A DNA stretch of 64,000 nucleotides from an uncultured Thermodesulfobacteriota bacterium (GTDB lineage: Bacteria > Desulfobacterota > WTBG01 > CAIYCZ01 > CAIRTM01), in contig CAZMHH010000001.1 in NCBI GenBank assembly GCA_964566035.1, positions 21,130 through 85,129 on the forward strand, read 5' to 3'. Made by a program: the position numbers and the translations under genes. The first letter of the stretch is position 1. Every line of letters begins with the position of its first letter. Below the pieces are notes generated by a model. It saw only the letters and a program-made list of their open reading frames with translations, ran no database searches and was not told the DNA's origin. This document shows positions 19,023-29,112 of the stretch, one piece after another.

Positions 19023-19877
19023 TCAATTTTTGATACACCGCACAGATCCGGCATAAATTTTGTGGGCAATACCCCTGTGAATCTCAGCGTTAAAATAACG
19101 CAGCACCCTGAAATAGGAAAAATCCACACCATTATCGTTCGAACACCACCAGTAACCGTCAATACCAATCCCGTAAAACTCCCCGCCGGGGTAACGTCTG
19201 CCGCCGGGCAGTCCTGAAAACCCGCTTGAGTTGACCCCCGATGTATTGGGGGATTCCCATAGTCCCGTGCCGCCCTGCAGGGTTCCTGCTGCCTTCATCC
19301 TGCCGCCTGCAATACTTTCTCCCCCAAGATAATCTGCCAGCAGGTCCCACTCCACGTCAGACGGCAGGTGCCAGCCTTCAGGACAGGCATCTGTTGCGTT
19401 TTCCCAGTCATAAAGTCTGCCGTAGAGCAGACAGTTATCATCTGTTTCGTCATAGCACCAACTGTTCTGAATGCTGTAATTTAAATTTTCCGCCATCCAG
19501 AGCTGAGACCCGATTCGTATGGTTTTATATGTCCTGTCATCCCTAGGATCGGTCATTTCTCCGTAATCCGGCTCAGGATAAACTATCTGCTCAAAGTTTG
19601 CAATCAGCACCCGGCTGTGGAACACTGTGAAGGTGTAATTCGCATTTGTTGTCAAAATCTGATCATCTTCTGTCCAGGAAACAAACCGATATCCTTCAGA
19701 AGGTATGGCAGACACGCTAATCTCACTTATTCTTTCAAACAGACCGCCGCCCTCTACCCTCCCCCCTTCCTCAGGACGGGCAATAAGGGTAATCTCCAAA
19801 GGCTCATCCGGTTCACAGCCTGATGCAAACAGGAAGAGTGTCAGCAGAATTAAGAATATACAAGACTTGGTTTTCAT
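19023..19877 (-). CDS. Lipoprotein with FISUMP domain (paralog), longer N-terminal region
   Basis: Lipobox LFASGC and YGRLYDWENA..CPEGWHLPS motifs. Confidence 0.6.
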   Translation of the reverse strand: MKTKSCIFLILLTLFLFASGCEPDEPLEITLIARPEEGGRVEGGGLFERISEISVSAIPSEGYRFVSWTEDDQILTTNANYTFTVFHSRVLIANFEQIVYPEPDYGEMTDPRDDRTYKTIRIGSQLWMAENLNYSIQNSWCYDETDDNCLLYGRLYDWENATDACPEGWHLPSDVEWDLLADYLGGESIAGGRMKAAGTLQGGTGLWESPNTSGVNSSGFSGLPGGRRYPGGEFYGIGIDGYWWCSNDNGVDFSYFRVLRYFNAEIHRGIAHKIYAGSVRCIKN

Positions 19878-19892
19878 GTTTGAATCCTCTTC

Positions 19893-20492
19893 TTAAAAAT
19901 TAACTTTATTGTCATACCGCGGATTTGTTAAATGTTGATACATCTCCGGCGTATCAACATCAATTCCTGCAAGGGCATCAGAAATATTAACCGTGCGCAG
20001 ACTGTCAGGGTGATGCTGAATAACCTGCCTTCCGCCAACATCCCCTGTAAGCGCCATAAGGCTGTTTTTAAAGCGTGAAGGAAAAATAACAGGATTTCCA
20101 CGCTCCCCATTGTATAACGGCACAACAATTCTGTCTTTATCCTTCCACCAGAGGGTAATCAACCCATCGATTGTTTCGGAGTTCAAATACGGCTGATCCC
20201 CAACCAGAAACATATAGGCTTCTGTTTTATCCGCTACGGAACAAACCCCCAGTATTACCGAAGCGCTCTGTCCTTCCGAAGCATTCGGGTTGAAGATTCT
20301 TCTGACATTGTATGACCTGACAGCATTGCCGACTTTTTCGTTCTGATAGATAACAATCAGCTCATCAAGAAGCGAGTTACTTGCAGCCCTGACCACCCGC
20401 TCAATAACCGGTACCCCTTCAATCAGAAGAAGGAGTTTTTCCTGCTTCATCCTTTCAGAAAACCCCGATGCCAGTATTATCCCGCTAACCAT
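19893..20492 (-). CDS. MobA-like NTP-transferase, probable molybdenum cofactor cytidylyltransferase (MocA-like)
   Basis: N-terminal ILASGFSERM nucleotidyltransferase motif. Lies in the xdh-family accessory cluster. Confidence 0.6.
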   Translation of the reverse strand: MVSGIILASGFSERMKQEKLLLLIEGVPVIERVVRAASNSLLDELIVIYQNEKVGNAVRSYNVRRIFNPNASEGQSASVILGVCSVADKTEAYMFLVGDQPYLNSETIDGLITLWWKDKDRIVVPLYNGERGNPVIFPSRFKNSLMALTGDVGGRQVIQHHPDSLRTVNISDALAGIDVDTPEMYQHLTNPRYDNKVNF

Positions 20493-20507
20493 TTACCGAG
20501 ACACCTT

Positions 20508-21359
20508 TCATGATGAATATATACGCCCACTGGAAAGACAGGATATGATAACCCCTGAAATATCTGATACGCTCCCTTTTTTCATAACCGTCTCAGCAAT
20601 GCGTTTTGCCGCGATTCTTCTCAGCGCATTCTCTGCCTTGTTCAGCAGAACATATCTGAAACTGGAACGGCAGACCCCCTTGAACAGTCCCCGTTCAGAA
20701 AGAATCAGACTGACGAGCAAATTCCTGCCGATCTTTTTTCCGATATAACCGCCAGTTACTGAACAGAAGAGATGGGGTCTGTGCACATATTTGTCAATCA
20801 GCGGTTTTCCAAGCGCATCGAGTCCAATCACCCCGACCGTTTTTGTGGTCTTCCGGGGGACTACCGGCTCATAATCAGCAGGGGCTTTTACAGGTTTCCG
20901 CTTAGCCCCGTCTGCCTCAACCAGTATAAACTCAAATTTTTTTTCACTAAATATTGTATCAACTGCCTCAGGAGACACGCCAAAGAGTTTTCCTTTCTGA
21001 TCATCAATCCGGTCCCCGAAACAGACCGCAGTACCGGCACAGGATTCAGGAAAACAGTCCTTCACATCACCTGACAACATCAGCCTGTCAAACAGAAAGG
21101 CTTCCCGTCTTGCCATCTGTGTCGTGGTGGTTACCAGCACTTTTTTACCTTCGGCTTTAAGTTCCTGAGAGAGTGTATGGATGGCAGAAGATTTCCCGCC
21201 CCCCCCTACAAAACAGATAAGTTCCTGAGATTGCAAATTAAGAGCTTCTGACAATTTCATGACCTTCTTATGCCCTGGGATTGCAGCAGGGCGACTGTTT
21301 AGCCCCGGTGTAACCGGCGCTTCTGACCTGTATGATTTCAGCAAGAATGGAGACAGCAA
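20508..21359 (-). CDS. YqeC-like selenium-dependent molybdenum hydroxylase accessory protein (P-loop GGGGKSS)
   Basis: P-loop motif and size resemble the YqeC family. Positioned between mocA-like and xdhC. The 5' end overlaps xdhC in the track, so the true start may be internal. Confidence 0.45.
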   Translation of the reverse strand: MLSPFLLKSYRSEAPVTPGLNSRPAAIPGHKKVMKLSEALNLQSQELICFVGGGGKSSAIHTLSQELKAEGKKVLVTTTTQMARREAFLFDRLMLSGDVKDCFPESCAGTAVCFGDRIDDQKGKLFGVSPEAVDTIFSEKKFEFILVEADGAKRKPVKAPADYEPVVPRKTTKTVGVIGLDALGKPLIDKYVHRPHLFCSVTGGYIGKKIGRNLLVSLILSERGLFKGVCRSSFRYVLLNKAENALRRIAAKRIAETVMKKGSVSDISGVIISCLSSGRIYSS

Positions 21360-22065
21360 TCTCAGCCGGGGTATTTGCCCCGATATTTAATCCTACCGGT
21401 GAATGAACAAAGTCGATAGCCTCCTGACTCACCCCGTTTTCTTTCAGCCTCTCAAAGCATTTTGCAACCTTTGCCCTGCTTCCGATCATGCCAAGGTAGC
21501 GGCAGGGTTTATCAATACATTTTTCAAGCACCTCAAAATCAAAGGCATGTTTATGGGTAAGAATTACAATATAGGTAATTGGGCTGAATGATACTTTATC
21601 CATAGCAGATAAATAATCCTCAGCAATAACATTGTCTGCCCACGGCAGACGACTGCTGTTGGCAAACTCCTGCCGGTTATCCACAACCGTTACATGGAAA
21701 TCAAGCATTTTGCCAATTTGAGCAATACAGGTTCCGATATGTCCAGCCCCAAAAACAACCAGTTTCGGCGCAGGCACCAGAGGTTCAAGAAATACCGCCA
21801 TCCCTCCCCCGCAGGCCATGCCGATATCCTTCAGTTCATGTCGGACTATTTTTGCCTTCCCGCCGCTCATCATTTCAAGCGCCTCATCAATAATCATCTT
21901 TTCGATAGCCCCCCCGCCGATGGTTCCTGAAATGCTTCCGTCAGACCGGACAAGCATTCTGGCTCCCTCTTCTCTTGGGGCTGAGCCGATGGATTCGATA
22001 ACAGTGGCAATCACCAACGGCTGATTTGTTTTTTTTGCCTCAATAATCTCTTGAAAAATGTCCAC
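21268..22065 (-). CDS. xdhC: XdhC/CoxI-family molybdenum hydroxylase maturation protein
   Basis: XdhC N-terminal and Rossmann-like domains (VVFGAGHIG). Confidence 0.7.
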   Translation of the reverse strand: MDIFQEIIEAKKTNQPLVIATVIESIGSAPREEGARMLVRSDGSISGTIGGGAIEKMIIDEALEMMSGGKAKIVRHELKDIGMACGGGMAVFLEPLVPAPKLVVFGAGHIGTCIAQIGKMLDFHVTVVDNRQEFANSSRLPWADNVIAEDYLSAMDKVSFSPITYIVILTHKHAFDFEVLEKCIDKPCRYLGMIGSRAKVAKCFERLKENGVSQEAIDFVHSPVGLNIGANTPAEIAVSILAEIIQVRSAGYTGAKQSPCCNPRA

Positions 22066-24451
22066 TTTCTCTCCTTTTCACATACTGTTTAACTATCTTT
22101 TCAGGGGTAATCGGGGCTTCTGTAAATTGCATCCCGACAGCATTATAAATTGCATTTGCACACGAACATATTGCACCGATAAGAGCCGATTCTCCGCAGT
22201 TTTTAGCACCAAGCGGTCCTGAAGGATTCGGGGCTGTTTCAACCAGAATAATCTTTACCTCAGGCATATCCGAGGGTCCAAACATCTTGTAATCATTAAA
22301 ATTGTTGTTGAGTACCCTGCCTCTATCATCATAGAAATAGTCTTCGCTCAGTAAAAAACCCAACCCCTGCTGCAATCCGCCTTCAAGCTGTCCTTCAACA
22401 GAAGGGGGATGTATGGCTCTTCCAATATCATGGGCGTGTACAATTTTTAACACCACCACCTCTCCGGTTTCAATATCAACCTCTACCTCCGTCATCGTTG
22501 CTCCGAAAGGAGCCATAGAATACTGTGAGTAATAATTTGATGTAGTTTGAATTTGTTCCGGAAACTGATTGTTTTTGGCTCTGAAATTATAAGAGCTATT
22601 GCCCGCACAATCTGCAGCCACACGGCTTAAATGTATTTTTTTATGTCCGGGAATATCCTTTACAACTATTGTTTTTGTATCATCTATTTCAAGCAGATCC
22701 GTTTCTACACCAAGCAGTTGACCTGCCCGTTCAAGCAGTCGTTTCCTTAAACTCCTGCAGGCTTCCATCACAGCAGGTGCAACACAGTATAGAGTACTGC
22801 TCACATAAGCCCCAATGTCAAAACCCAGTTTATCTATATCTTCGGGCTTAAGACGTATATCCTCTACCGGAAAGCCAAGCGTTTCAGCAGCAAGCTGAGT
22901 TATAACCGTGTACCCCCCAGTGCCAAGATCAGATATCGATGCAGTAAGTTCTACAGTACAGTCCTCATTCAACTTCGCAGTACAGGTTGTATGCTCAAGC
23001 ATTAATGGCCATGCACCATTTGTCTGACTCGTAATGCCAAGTCCTATCCCCCTTCGCTTTGAACCGGTCTGCTTTTTATATCTTTTCTGTTTTTCATACC
23101 ATCCCATCTCTTTTGCCGCGGACTCAAGGCAATCGTTGAGACCATCTGAAGAGCTCGCACATCCCTGAAGCCATGTTTCATCACCTGTGGATTTGTGCCA
23201 CCTTTTTCGCCATTCAATCGGATCAAATCCAAGTATTGTGCACATTCTCTCAATAAGCTGCTCCTGGGCAAATGCTATCTGCGGGTTGCCATAGCCTCTG
23301 AATGCTCCGGCAGGGGCTTCATTGGTATAATAAGCATCTGCCTTCATCTTCATTGCGCTCCACTTATACAAGCCATGTAGAAAAGCTGCTGCACAATACA
23401 GTGGACCCAATCCATGAGTATAATAGCCCCCTTTTCTCGCAGTAAAGTGAGCAGCAACACAAACGGGTACGCCATTCTTTTTAAATCCCATTTTCATCCG
23501 GATTATTCCGGGATAGCGTGTCTCTGAAGCCACAAAGTCTTCCTCACGCAAAAATTCCATTCTTACAGGATGACCCGGCACTGCCATTGCAAGTGCGCAT
23601 ACATGAGGCTCTCCAATCATACCAAGCCTCGCACCAAAGCCTCCCCCAACAGTGGGCTGGACTAGCCTGACCCTTGAAAGGGGGAGCTCAAAAAGCTCGG
23701 CTAACAGCACCTGCACCGGCTTTGGCATCCGGGTGGAGGTCCAGATGTTCAGACATCCCCCCTCATCATAGAAAGCCACATAAGCATGGTTCTCCATTTG
23801 ACACTGCTTCTGCTTTGGCACAGTAAATGTATCTTCTACAATCAGATCACATTCATCCCAAAGCTGATCAGGGGTTCTGCCTTTCTTGTCATTCCAGCCA
23901 TAAGACTTTCCCGGAAAAAATGCTTCCGGCAGTTCGCAGGCAAGGTTTCCTGGCTTTAAATCTGTAAACAGATAACCATTCTTCTTCTTTCCCTCTTCTA
24001 TAGAAGCTTCAGCCGTCAAATAAACAGGGAGAGGCTCATAGGTTATTTTAATCTTCTCTGCCGCCCTTTCGGCAGCCTCTTCGGTTGCGGCTATAATGCC
24101 ACAAATTGCATCACCCTGATGTTTTACAGTTTTGTTAAAAATGTTGATGTCTGCGATTTCACCGAAAACATCATTAACAGCCTCCGGTACCAAAAGTTTC
24201 ACAACCGTTGTATTGTAACACTTTTTTGCGACATCATCAGGTCCTAATATCTTTATGACTTCCGGAACTTTCAATGCATCTGAAAAATCGAGTGTTTTAA
24301 TCCGGGCATGCGCATATTCCCAGCAGCGCACTATTTTGCCATAGTACATTCCCGACAGAGTGATATCTCCGGCATAAACTGCGCGTCCGGTTGCTTTATC
24401 TCCGGAATCAACCTTCGGGATTCTTTTTCCAATTACTGTATCACACATCAC
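22040..24451 (-). CDS. Xanthine dehydrogenase/aldehyde oxidoreductase-family molybdopterin-binding large subunit (copy 1)
   Basis: The ald_xan_dh fold. The N-terminus is nearly identical to the paralog at 26168. RBS AGGATAG. Confidence 0.85.
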   Translation of the reverse strand: MMCDTVIGKRIPKVDSGDKATGRAVYAGDITLSGMYYGKIVRCWEYAHARIKTLDFSDALKVPEVIKILGPDDVAKKCYNTTVVKLLVPEAVNDVFGEIADINIFNKTVKHQGDAICGIIAATEEAAERAAEKIKITYEPLPVYLTAEASIEEGKKKNGYLFTDLKPGNLACELPEAFFPGKSYGWNDKKGRTPDQLWDECDLIVEDTFTVPKQKQCQMENHAYVAFYDEGGCLNIWTSTRMPKPVQVLLAELFELPLSRVRLVQPTVGGGFGARLGMIGEPHVCALAMAVPGHPVRMEFLREEDFVASETRYPGIIRMKMGFKKNGVPVCVAAHFTARKGGYYTHGLGPLYCAAAFLHGLYKWSAMKMKADAYYTNEAPAGAFRGYGNPQIAFAQEQLIERMCTILGFDPIEWRKRWHKSTGDETWLQGCASSSDGLNDCLESAAKEMGWYEKQKRYKKQTGSKRRGIGLGITSQTNGAWPLMLEHTTCTAKLNEDCTVELTASISDLGTGGYTVITQLAAETLGFPVEDIRLKPEDIDKLGFDIGAYVSSTLYCVAPAVMEACRSLRKRLLERAGQLLGVETDLLEIDDTKTIVVKDIPGHKKIHLSRVAADCAGNSSYNFRAKNNQFPEQIQTTSNYYSQYSMAPFGATMTEVEVDIETGEVVVLKIVHAHDIGRAIHPPSVEGQLEGGLQQGLGFLLSEDYFYDDRGRVLNNNFNDYKMFGPSDMPEVKIILVETAPNPSGPLGAKNCGESALIGAICSCANAIYNAVGMQFTEAPITPEKIVKQYVKRRESGHFSRDY

Positions 24452-24459
24452 AAACTATC

Positions 24460-24562
24460 CTGATGGTAGCTCGTAGCTCATAGCTCGTAGCTGGTGGCAA
24501 AAGCAAAAAAAAACAACTGCCCCGGACAGCCATTTTATTGGTTCCGGATTGTCCTGGTTAGG
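24460..24562. repeat. Composite intergenic repeat block (gtagctcgtagctcatagctcgtagctggtgg plus R element copy 2)
   Basis: The hexamer-periodic tagctNgtagct run is related to 13345-13372 and 18848-18861. The R element matches 18850-18885 and 30915-30958. Confidence 0.5.
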
Positions 24563-25272
24563 TGCTATAAAAACGTAAGCAGAACCGTTTCGTATCAAAC
24601 ACGCATGTTTTCATAAACCGTTGGGCTGCCGACAGAAAGCATTACCCGGGACTAAAGCATCATTTAATCATTATCTACAGTTTACAGAGGATATGAAATA
24701 GAGTCAATAGAATGCAGATTCAGGACTAAACAAAGCCATAATGTCTTTTAACTGCAAATGGATAATGTCACCTCAATGCTTGGCACATTAATTTTTGGTA
24801 TGCATTTTGGAGCGGGAATAAAGAATGACGATTCGGAAAATCTTTTTGTTTTGAACGAATGAAAGAGACTGCGAGAGTGATATCTGTAACATCCTGTAAC
24901 TGCTTTTACATTACCCCGGTTTTGGCTGATAATCTTTTGAGTCCAGCTCTTCTCGGGATTAAACAAAAAAAACGGAGCAGAAGCGGAATGTCTGACAACT
25001 GCAATCAGATTTTGTTACAAGCCATTTACCTGCATGCTAAGACAAAGTCATGCTTAAATTTGGCGTAGCTAACAGCTTTTTTGCTCATCAGCTTAATATC
25101 TCATTTGATTATCAGCTCTTTTGGGGATAGATATTTTTTTGCTTCTTACTAAGTTGTCAAGAATTAAATAATAATCCTATTTAAATCGCATAGTGCGACG
25201 TAATAAGTTGATCATCCTGCAAAAGCTCGAAAAAAAGACCTGTGAACAATTCCATTCATCTGGGTCGGATAG

Positions 25273-26163
25273 CTATGTTTTGACATACAGCTCTCTTGAC
25301 AGATACAGTATTGCTTCAACCACTGCACCGCCGATTGCGCGAGCCTTATCAAAAATGGTATAACAGTAACTGTGTACCCCTCTGGGATCAACATCGCCAA
25401 TTTTGAGATTCTTTTCAACCTCAGATCCGTTCTGAATCAGTCCGTGTATTACACCTGAAATCTCTGCTTTAACAGCAAAAGTATCCACATAGGCAATGAT
25501 ATCATCCTTGATAACCGTATCACCGATTGCTTTGACATTTCGAATCCTTCCGCTGCACGGCGCCCTTAAAACCCGTTCCCGGGCATACCCAAGCAACGGC
25601 ACAGAAACCCCTGTATCTGCAGAGGCATATCCATGAAAGATAAGTCTGCCCAGATCATGCCCTTCAAGGGTTTCCACAACAACATCAACCTCAACACCGG
25701 CATTGAACCCGGGGCCAAGTCCGATGGTTATCGGAGCCATTTCCCGATACGTTCCAAGATTTTTCTTGGCAAGTGTTGCATCAACAACCACATCCGGTTT
25801 GACAATGCCAACACTGACAGCTTCCGGATCAACAAGCACAGGCACATATCCATTTTCCCAGGCTTGATAAGCATCTTCAGGCGCTTCAATTTTTACAGCG
25901 GTAAGATCTTCTACGGTTACCCTGCCATCAGTAACTGCCAGTGCATAAGCAACCGTGCGCCTGACCACAAGGGGCTTTTCCAGTTCAAGAACAAGGGTTC
26001 TGAATCCGCACCTGTGCAGTCTGTAAATAACACCGCTGGCAATATCGCCGCCTCCCCTCACAATTACGGTTGAATCAATCTGAATCATGTTTTTTTTCGG
26101 AAGCAAATAACAATATAAACCCGGCACCCCATGTAAATAAGGGATGCCAGGAATATAAGTCAA
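25273..26163 (-). CDS. YqeB-like selenium-dependent molybdenum hydroxylase system protein
   Basis: Size and position immediately downstream of a Mo-hydroxylase large subunit. Family recognition is from memory only. Confidence 0.45.
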   Translation of the reverse strand: MTYIPGIPYLHGVPGLYCYLLPKKNMIQIDSTVIVRGGGDIASGVIYRLHRCGFRTLVLELEKPLVVRRTVAYALAVTDGRVTVEDLTAVKIEAPEDAYQAWENGYVPVLVDPEAVSVGIVKPDVVVDATLAKKNLGTYREMAPITIGLGPGFNAGVEVDVVVETLEGHDLGRLIFHGYASADTGVSVPLLGYARERVLRAPCSGRIRNVKAIGDTVIKDDIIAYVDTFAVKAEISGVIHGLIQNGSEVEKNLKIGDVDPRGVHSYCYTIFDKARAIGGAVVEAILYLSRELYVKT

Positions 26164-26167
26164 TATT

Positions 26168-28552
26168 TTATTTTTTTACGCCGCCGTTTTTCTTTATGGC
26201 AGCCAGCACCCGCTCAGGTGTAATAGGTGCTTCTGTTATCTGTATGCCAATAGCATCATTAATGGCATTTGCCACTGATCCGATTGGTCCCATTAATGCA
26301 GATTCACCGCAGCTTTTTGCTCCAAAAGGTGCTACGGGATCAGGCGCTGTTTCAACAAGCGTAATATGGCTTTCTGCCGGCATATCCGATGCCCCAAACA
26401 TCTTATAGTCTGTAAAATCGTTATTCAGACAGAGCCCGTTTTTGTCATAATAAATATCCTCGCTCAGGATATATCCCAGACCCTGGTGGGCGCCGCCTTC
26501 AAGCTGTCCTTCAACAGACGGCGGATGAATGGCTTTACCAATATCATGGGCATTGGACAGGGCAAGCACTTTGACCTCTCCGGTTTCAATATCAACCTCT
26601 ACCTCGGCACAGCAGGCTGCAAAAGGCGGCGAACAGTGCTTTACAAAATCACTGTAGTGCGCAACTATCTGACCCGGAATACCAATGGTTTTTCCTGTAG
26701 CCGGATCATCAAAACTGTAAATGCTTTGATGCGCTATGGTACGGGCATTTATTTTCTTTTCAGGATCCCACGGACAGATTATCTCCTTATCCTCTCCAAA
26801 CTGAACATCCTCATCCTTCAACTGAAGATTCAGTGCCGCCCTATGGAGAATCTCTTTTTTCAGCAGTTCGGCAGTCTGCATCACAGCTCTTCCTACACAG
26901 TAAATGGTACGGCTGGCATGAGCACCGATATCAAAACCATTGACATCAGAATCACAGCATTTCAGATGAACATCTTCCATAGGCCAGTTAAGGGCTTCTG
27001 CTGCAATCTGGGTAATAGCAGTATGACCGCCTGTTCCAAGATCAGACACCGATGCCATGATCTCAACTGTGCAGTCCTCATTGAGCCTCATGATTACATT
27101 TGAATGTTCAAGCAGCATGGGCCAGGCACCGCTGGTATGCTGCATAATACCTATACCCAAGCCCCGTCTTTTGGTTCCGGTCTGCTTTGCATACTCTTTT
27201 TTCTTCCTGTCCCATCCAATTTTCTTCTTCGCATCTTTTATACAGTCATCCAGTCCGGTTGAAGCAAATTTGACTCCTTTTAACCATGTTTCATCGCCTA
27301 TTCCCTTTGCCCATTTTTTCCGCCACTCTATCGAATCAATACCGAGCTGGTTACAGGCGCGATCTATCAACTGCTCAACACCGAATGTGTTTTCAGGGTT
27401 TCCGTATCCGCGGTATGCACCGAAGGGCACCATGTTGTTGAACCATATTTCAGCTTTACACCCCATCGCCTGCCATTTGTACATACCGTGCATAAATGCA
27501 GCCGTACAGAAGGGAGGACCTGAACCATGTGTATAGTATCCGCCTTTGAGCACCTGGTAATCTCCGTAACAGGCAACCGGTGTCCCGTCTTTTTTAAAAC
27601 CGGCTTTTACATAAAAATGACCCGAAGCCCTGCTCTCAGATGCCACCCAGTCTTCTTCACGCAGGTACTCTATTTTCACCGGCACGCCCGGCATTGCCAT
27701 CGCCATTGCACAGACATGCGGCTCTCCGATCATTCCCAGCCGGCACCCGAAGCCGCCGCCAATAGGGGTCTGAATTACCCTGACACGGGTCAACGGCAGT
27801 TCAAAAAGTTCTGCCAGCAGGTTCTGGACAAGCTTGGGCATCTGAGTGGATGTCCAGCAGGTCAGCCTGCCTCTGTCATCATACTGGGCAATATAGGAAT
27901 GATTTTCCATCTGCACCTGCTTCTGACGGGGCACATAAAAGGTGTCTTCGACGATAATATCGGCATCCTTGAATTTTTCATGGACATTTTTTCCATCCGC
28001 TGCATTCCACCCGTACTCACCGTTGGGGAAAAAGGAATCGGGGAAGTTTGCCGCCAGATTACCAGGTTTTAAAGGGGTAAACTGAATAGCATCCTTTTTC
28101 TTTGACTCCGCCGCGGTCATAATGACAGGCAGTGGTTTATACTCAATCTTTACAAGTTCAGCGGCGCGTTCAGCCGCCTTTTCATTTTTGGCTATAATAC
28201 CGCATACAGCATCGCCCTGATGTTTAACGCGTCCGTTGAAAATATTCAAATCTGCGATTTCTCCAAAAACATCCGAAAACACAGCAGGAACAAGCAGTTT
28301 CATAATCGTAGTATTATAATTTCTTTTGGTAACCTCTTTGGGTCCGAGACATTTTACCACACCCGGAACTTTTTTTGCATCAGAAAAGTCGATCTTGACG
28401 ACCTCTGCATGGGCATATTCCCAACAGCGGACGATTTTTCCATACAGCATTCCCTCCATCTGTATATCGGCCGCATACTTGCAACGCCCCGTTGCTTTTT
28501 CGCGGGCATCAAGCTTCGGAATACGCTGCCCGATTACTGAATATTGACTCAT
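26168..28552 (-). CDS. Xanthine dehydrogenase-family molybdopterin-binding large subunit (copy 2). The true start is MSQYSVIGQRIPKLD.
   Basis: The internal ATG at 28552 has RBS GAAAAGGAGA, aligns with the N-terminus of the paralog at 22040, and sits 26 nt after the 2Fe-2S gene stop. The ORF track's upstream extension to 28723 overlaps that gene. Confidence 0.85.
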   Translation of the reverse strand: MSQYSVIGQRIPKLDAREKATGRCKYAADIQMEGMLYGKIVRCWEYAHAEVVKIDFSDAKKVPGVVKCLGPKEVTKRNYNTTIMKLLVPAVFSDVFGEIADLNIFNGRVKHQGDAVCGIIAKNEKAAERAAELVKIEYKPLPVIMTAAESKKKDAIQFTPLKPGNLAANFPDSFFPNGEYGWNAADGKNVHEKFKDADIIVEDTFYVPRQKQVQMENHSYIAQYDDRGRLTCWTSTQMPKLVQNLLAELFELPLTRVRVIQTPIGGGFGCRLGMIGEPHVCAMAMAMPGVPVKIEYLREEDWVASESRASGHFYVKAGFKKDGTPVACYGDYQVLKGGYYTHGSGPPFCTAAFMHGMYKWQAMGCKAEIWFNNMVPFGAYRGYGNPENTFGVEQLIDRACNQLGIDSIEWRKKWAKGIGDETWLKGVKFASTGLDDCIKDAKKKIGWDRKKKEYAKQTGTKRRGLGIGIMQHTSGAWPMLLEHSNVIMRLNEDCTVEIMASVSDLGTGGHTAITQIAAEALNWPMEDVHLKCCDSDVNGFDIGAHASRTIYCVGRAVMQTAELLKKEILHRAALNLQLKDEDVQFGEDKEIICPWDPEKKINARTIAHQSIYSFDDPATGKTIGIPGQIVAHYSDFVKHCSPPFAACCAEVEVDIETGEVKVLALSNAHDIGKAIHPPSVEGQLEGGAHQGLGYILSEDIYYDKNGLCLNNDFTDYKMFGASDMPAESHITLVETAPDPVAPFGAKSCGESALMGPIGSVANAINDAIGIQITEAPITPERVLAAIKKNGGVKK

Positions 28553-28577
28553 CTTTATTCTCCTTTTCAAAAATTTA

Positions 28578-29078
28578 TCACTTTTTAGCAGCCATAACTT
28601 CACCAGCCGATGATACTGCCTCGACAATTTTGGTATATCCTGTACACCGGCATATATTGCCCTCGAGCCCCAGACGAATCTCTGCTTCTTTTGCCTTCGG
28701 GTTATTCTCAAGAATATCCACACTCTTCATAATCATACCGGATGAGCAGAACCCGCACTGTATGGCTCCCTTTTCAACAAATGCCTGCTGAACCGGATGA
28801 AGTTTACCGTTTTTCTCAAGGCCGCCGACAGTATAAATCTTCTTGCCATCCATCATGGCAGCAAGTACCAAACATGAATCAATTGCTTTTCTGCCGGTGG
28901 GATATTTTTTATCTTCTACAAGCACCGTGCAGGCGCCGCATTCACCTCTGCCGCAGCAGTGTTTAACATCCGTTAATTTCAACTGATCTCTAATTACATG
29001 CACCAGAGTATCGCTGTCATCAACGGCAATATTGTATTCCTCCCCATTAATAAACAGGGTTATGGGACGTTTCTTCAT
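28578..29078 (-). CDS. [2Fe-2S] iron-sulfur small subunit of molybdenum hydroxylase (CoxS/XdhC-type)
   Basis: Plant-type CGRGECGAC motif and a second 2Fe-2S motif CGFCSSG…CRCTGY. Confidence 0.85.
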   Translation of the reverse strand: MKKRPITLFINGEEYNIAVDDSDTLVHVIRDQLKLTDVKHCCGRGECGACTVLVEDKKYPTGRKAIDSCLVLAAMMDGKKIYTVGGLEKNGKLHPVQQAFVEKGAIQCGFCSSGMIMKSVDILENNPKAKEAEIRLGLEGNICRCTGYTKIVEAVSSAGEVMAAKK

Positions 29079-29112
29079 AATGACTTCTCCTGTAACTGTT
29101 ATTATTTAAAGA

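Noticed and set aside
24748-25068. Two small overlapping ORFs in the 820-bp spacer between the two xdh-family loci
   Set aside because: No RBS, no motifs, and the spacer is dominated by repeats. Treated as non-coding.
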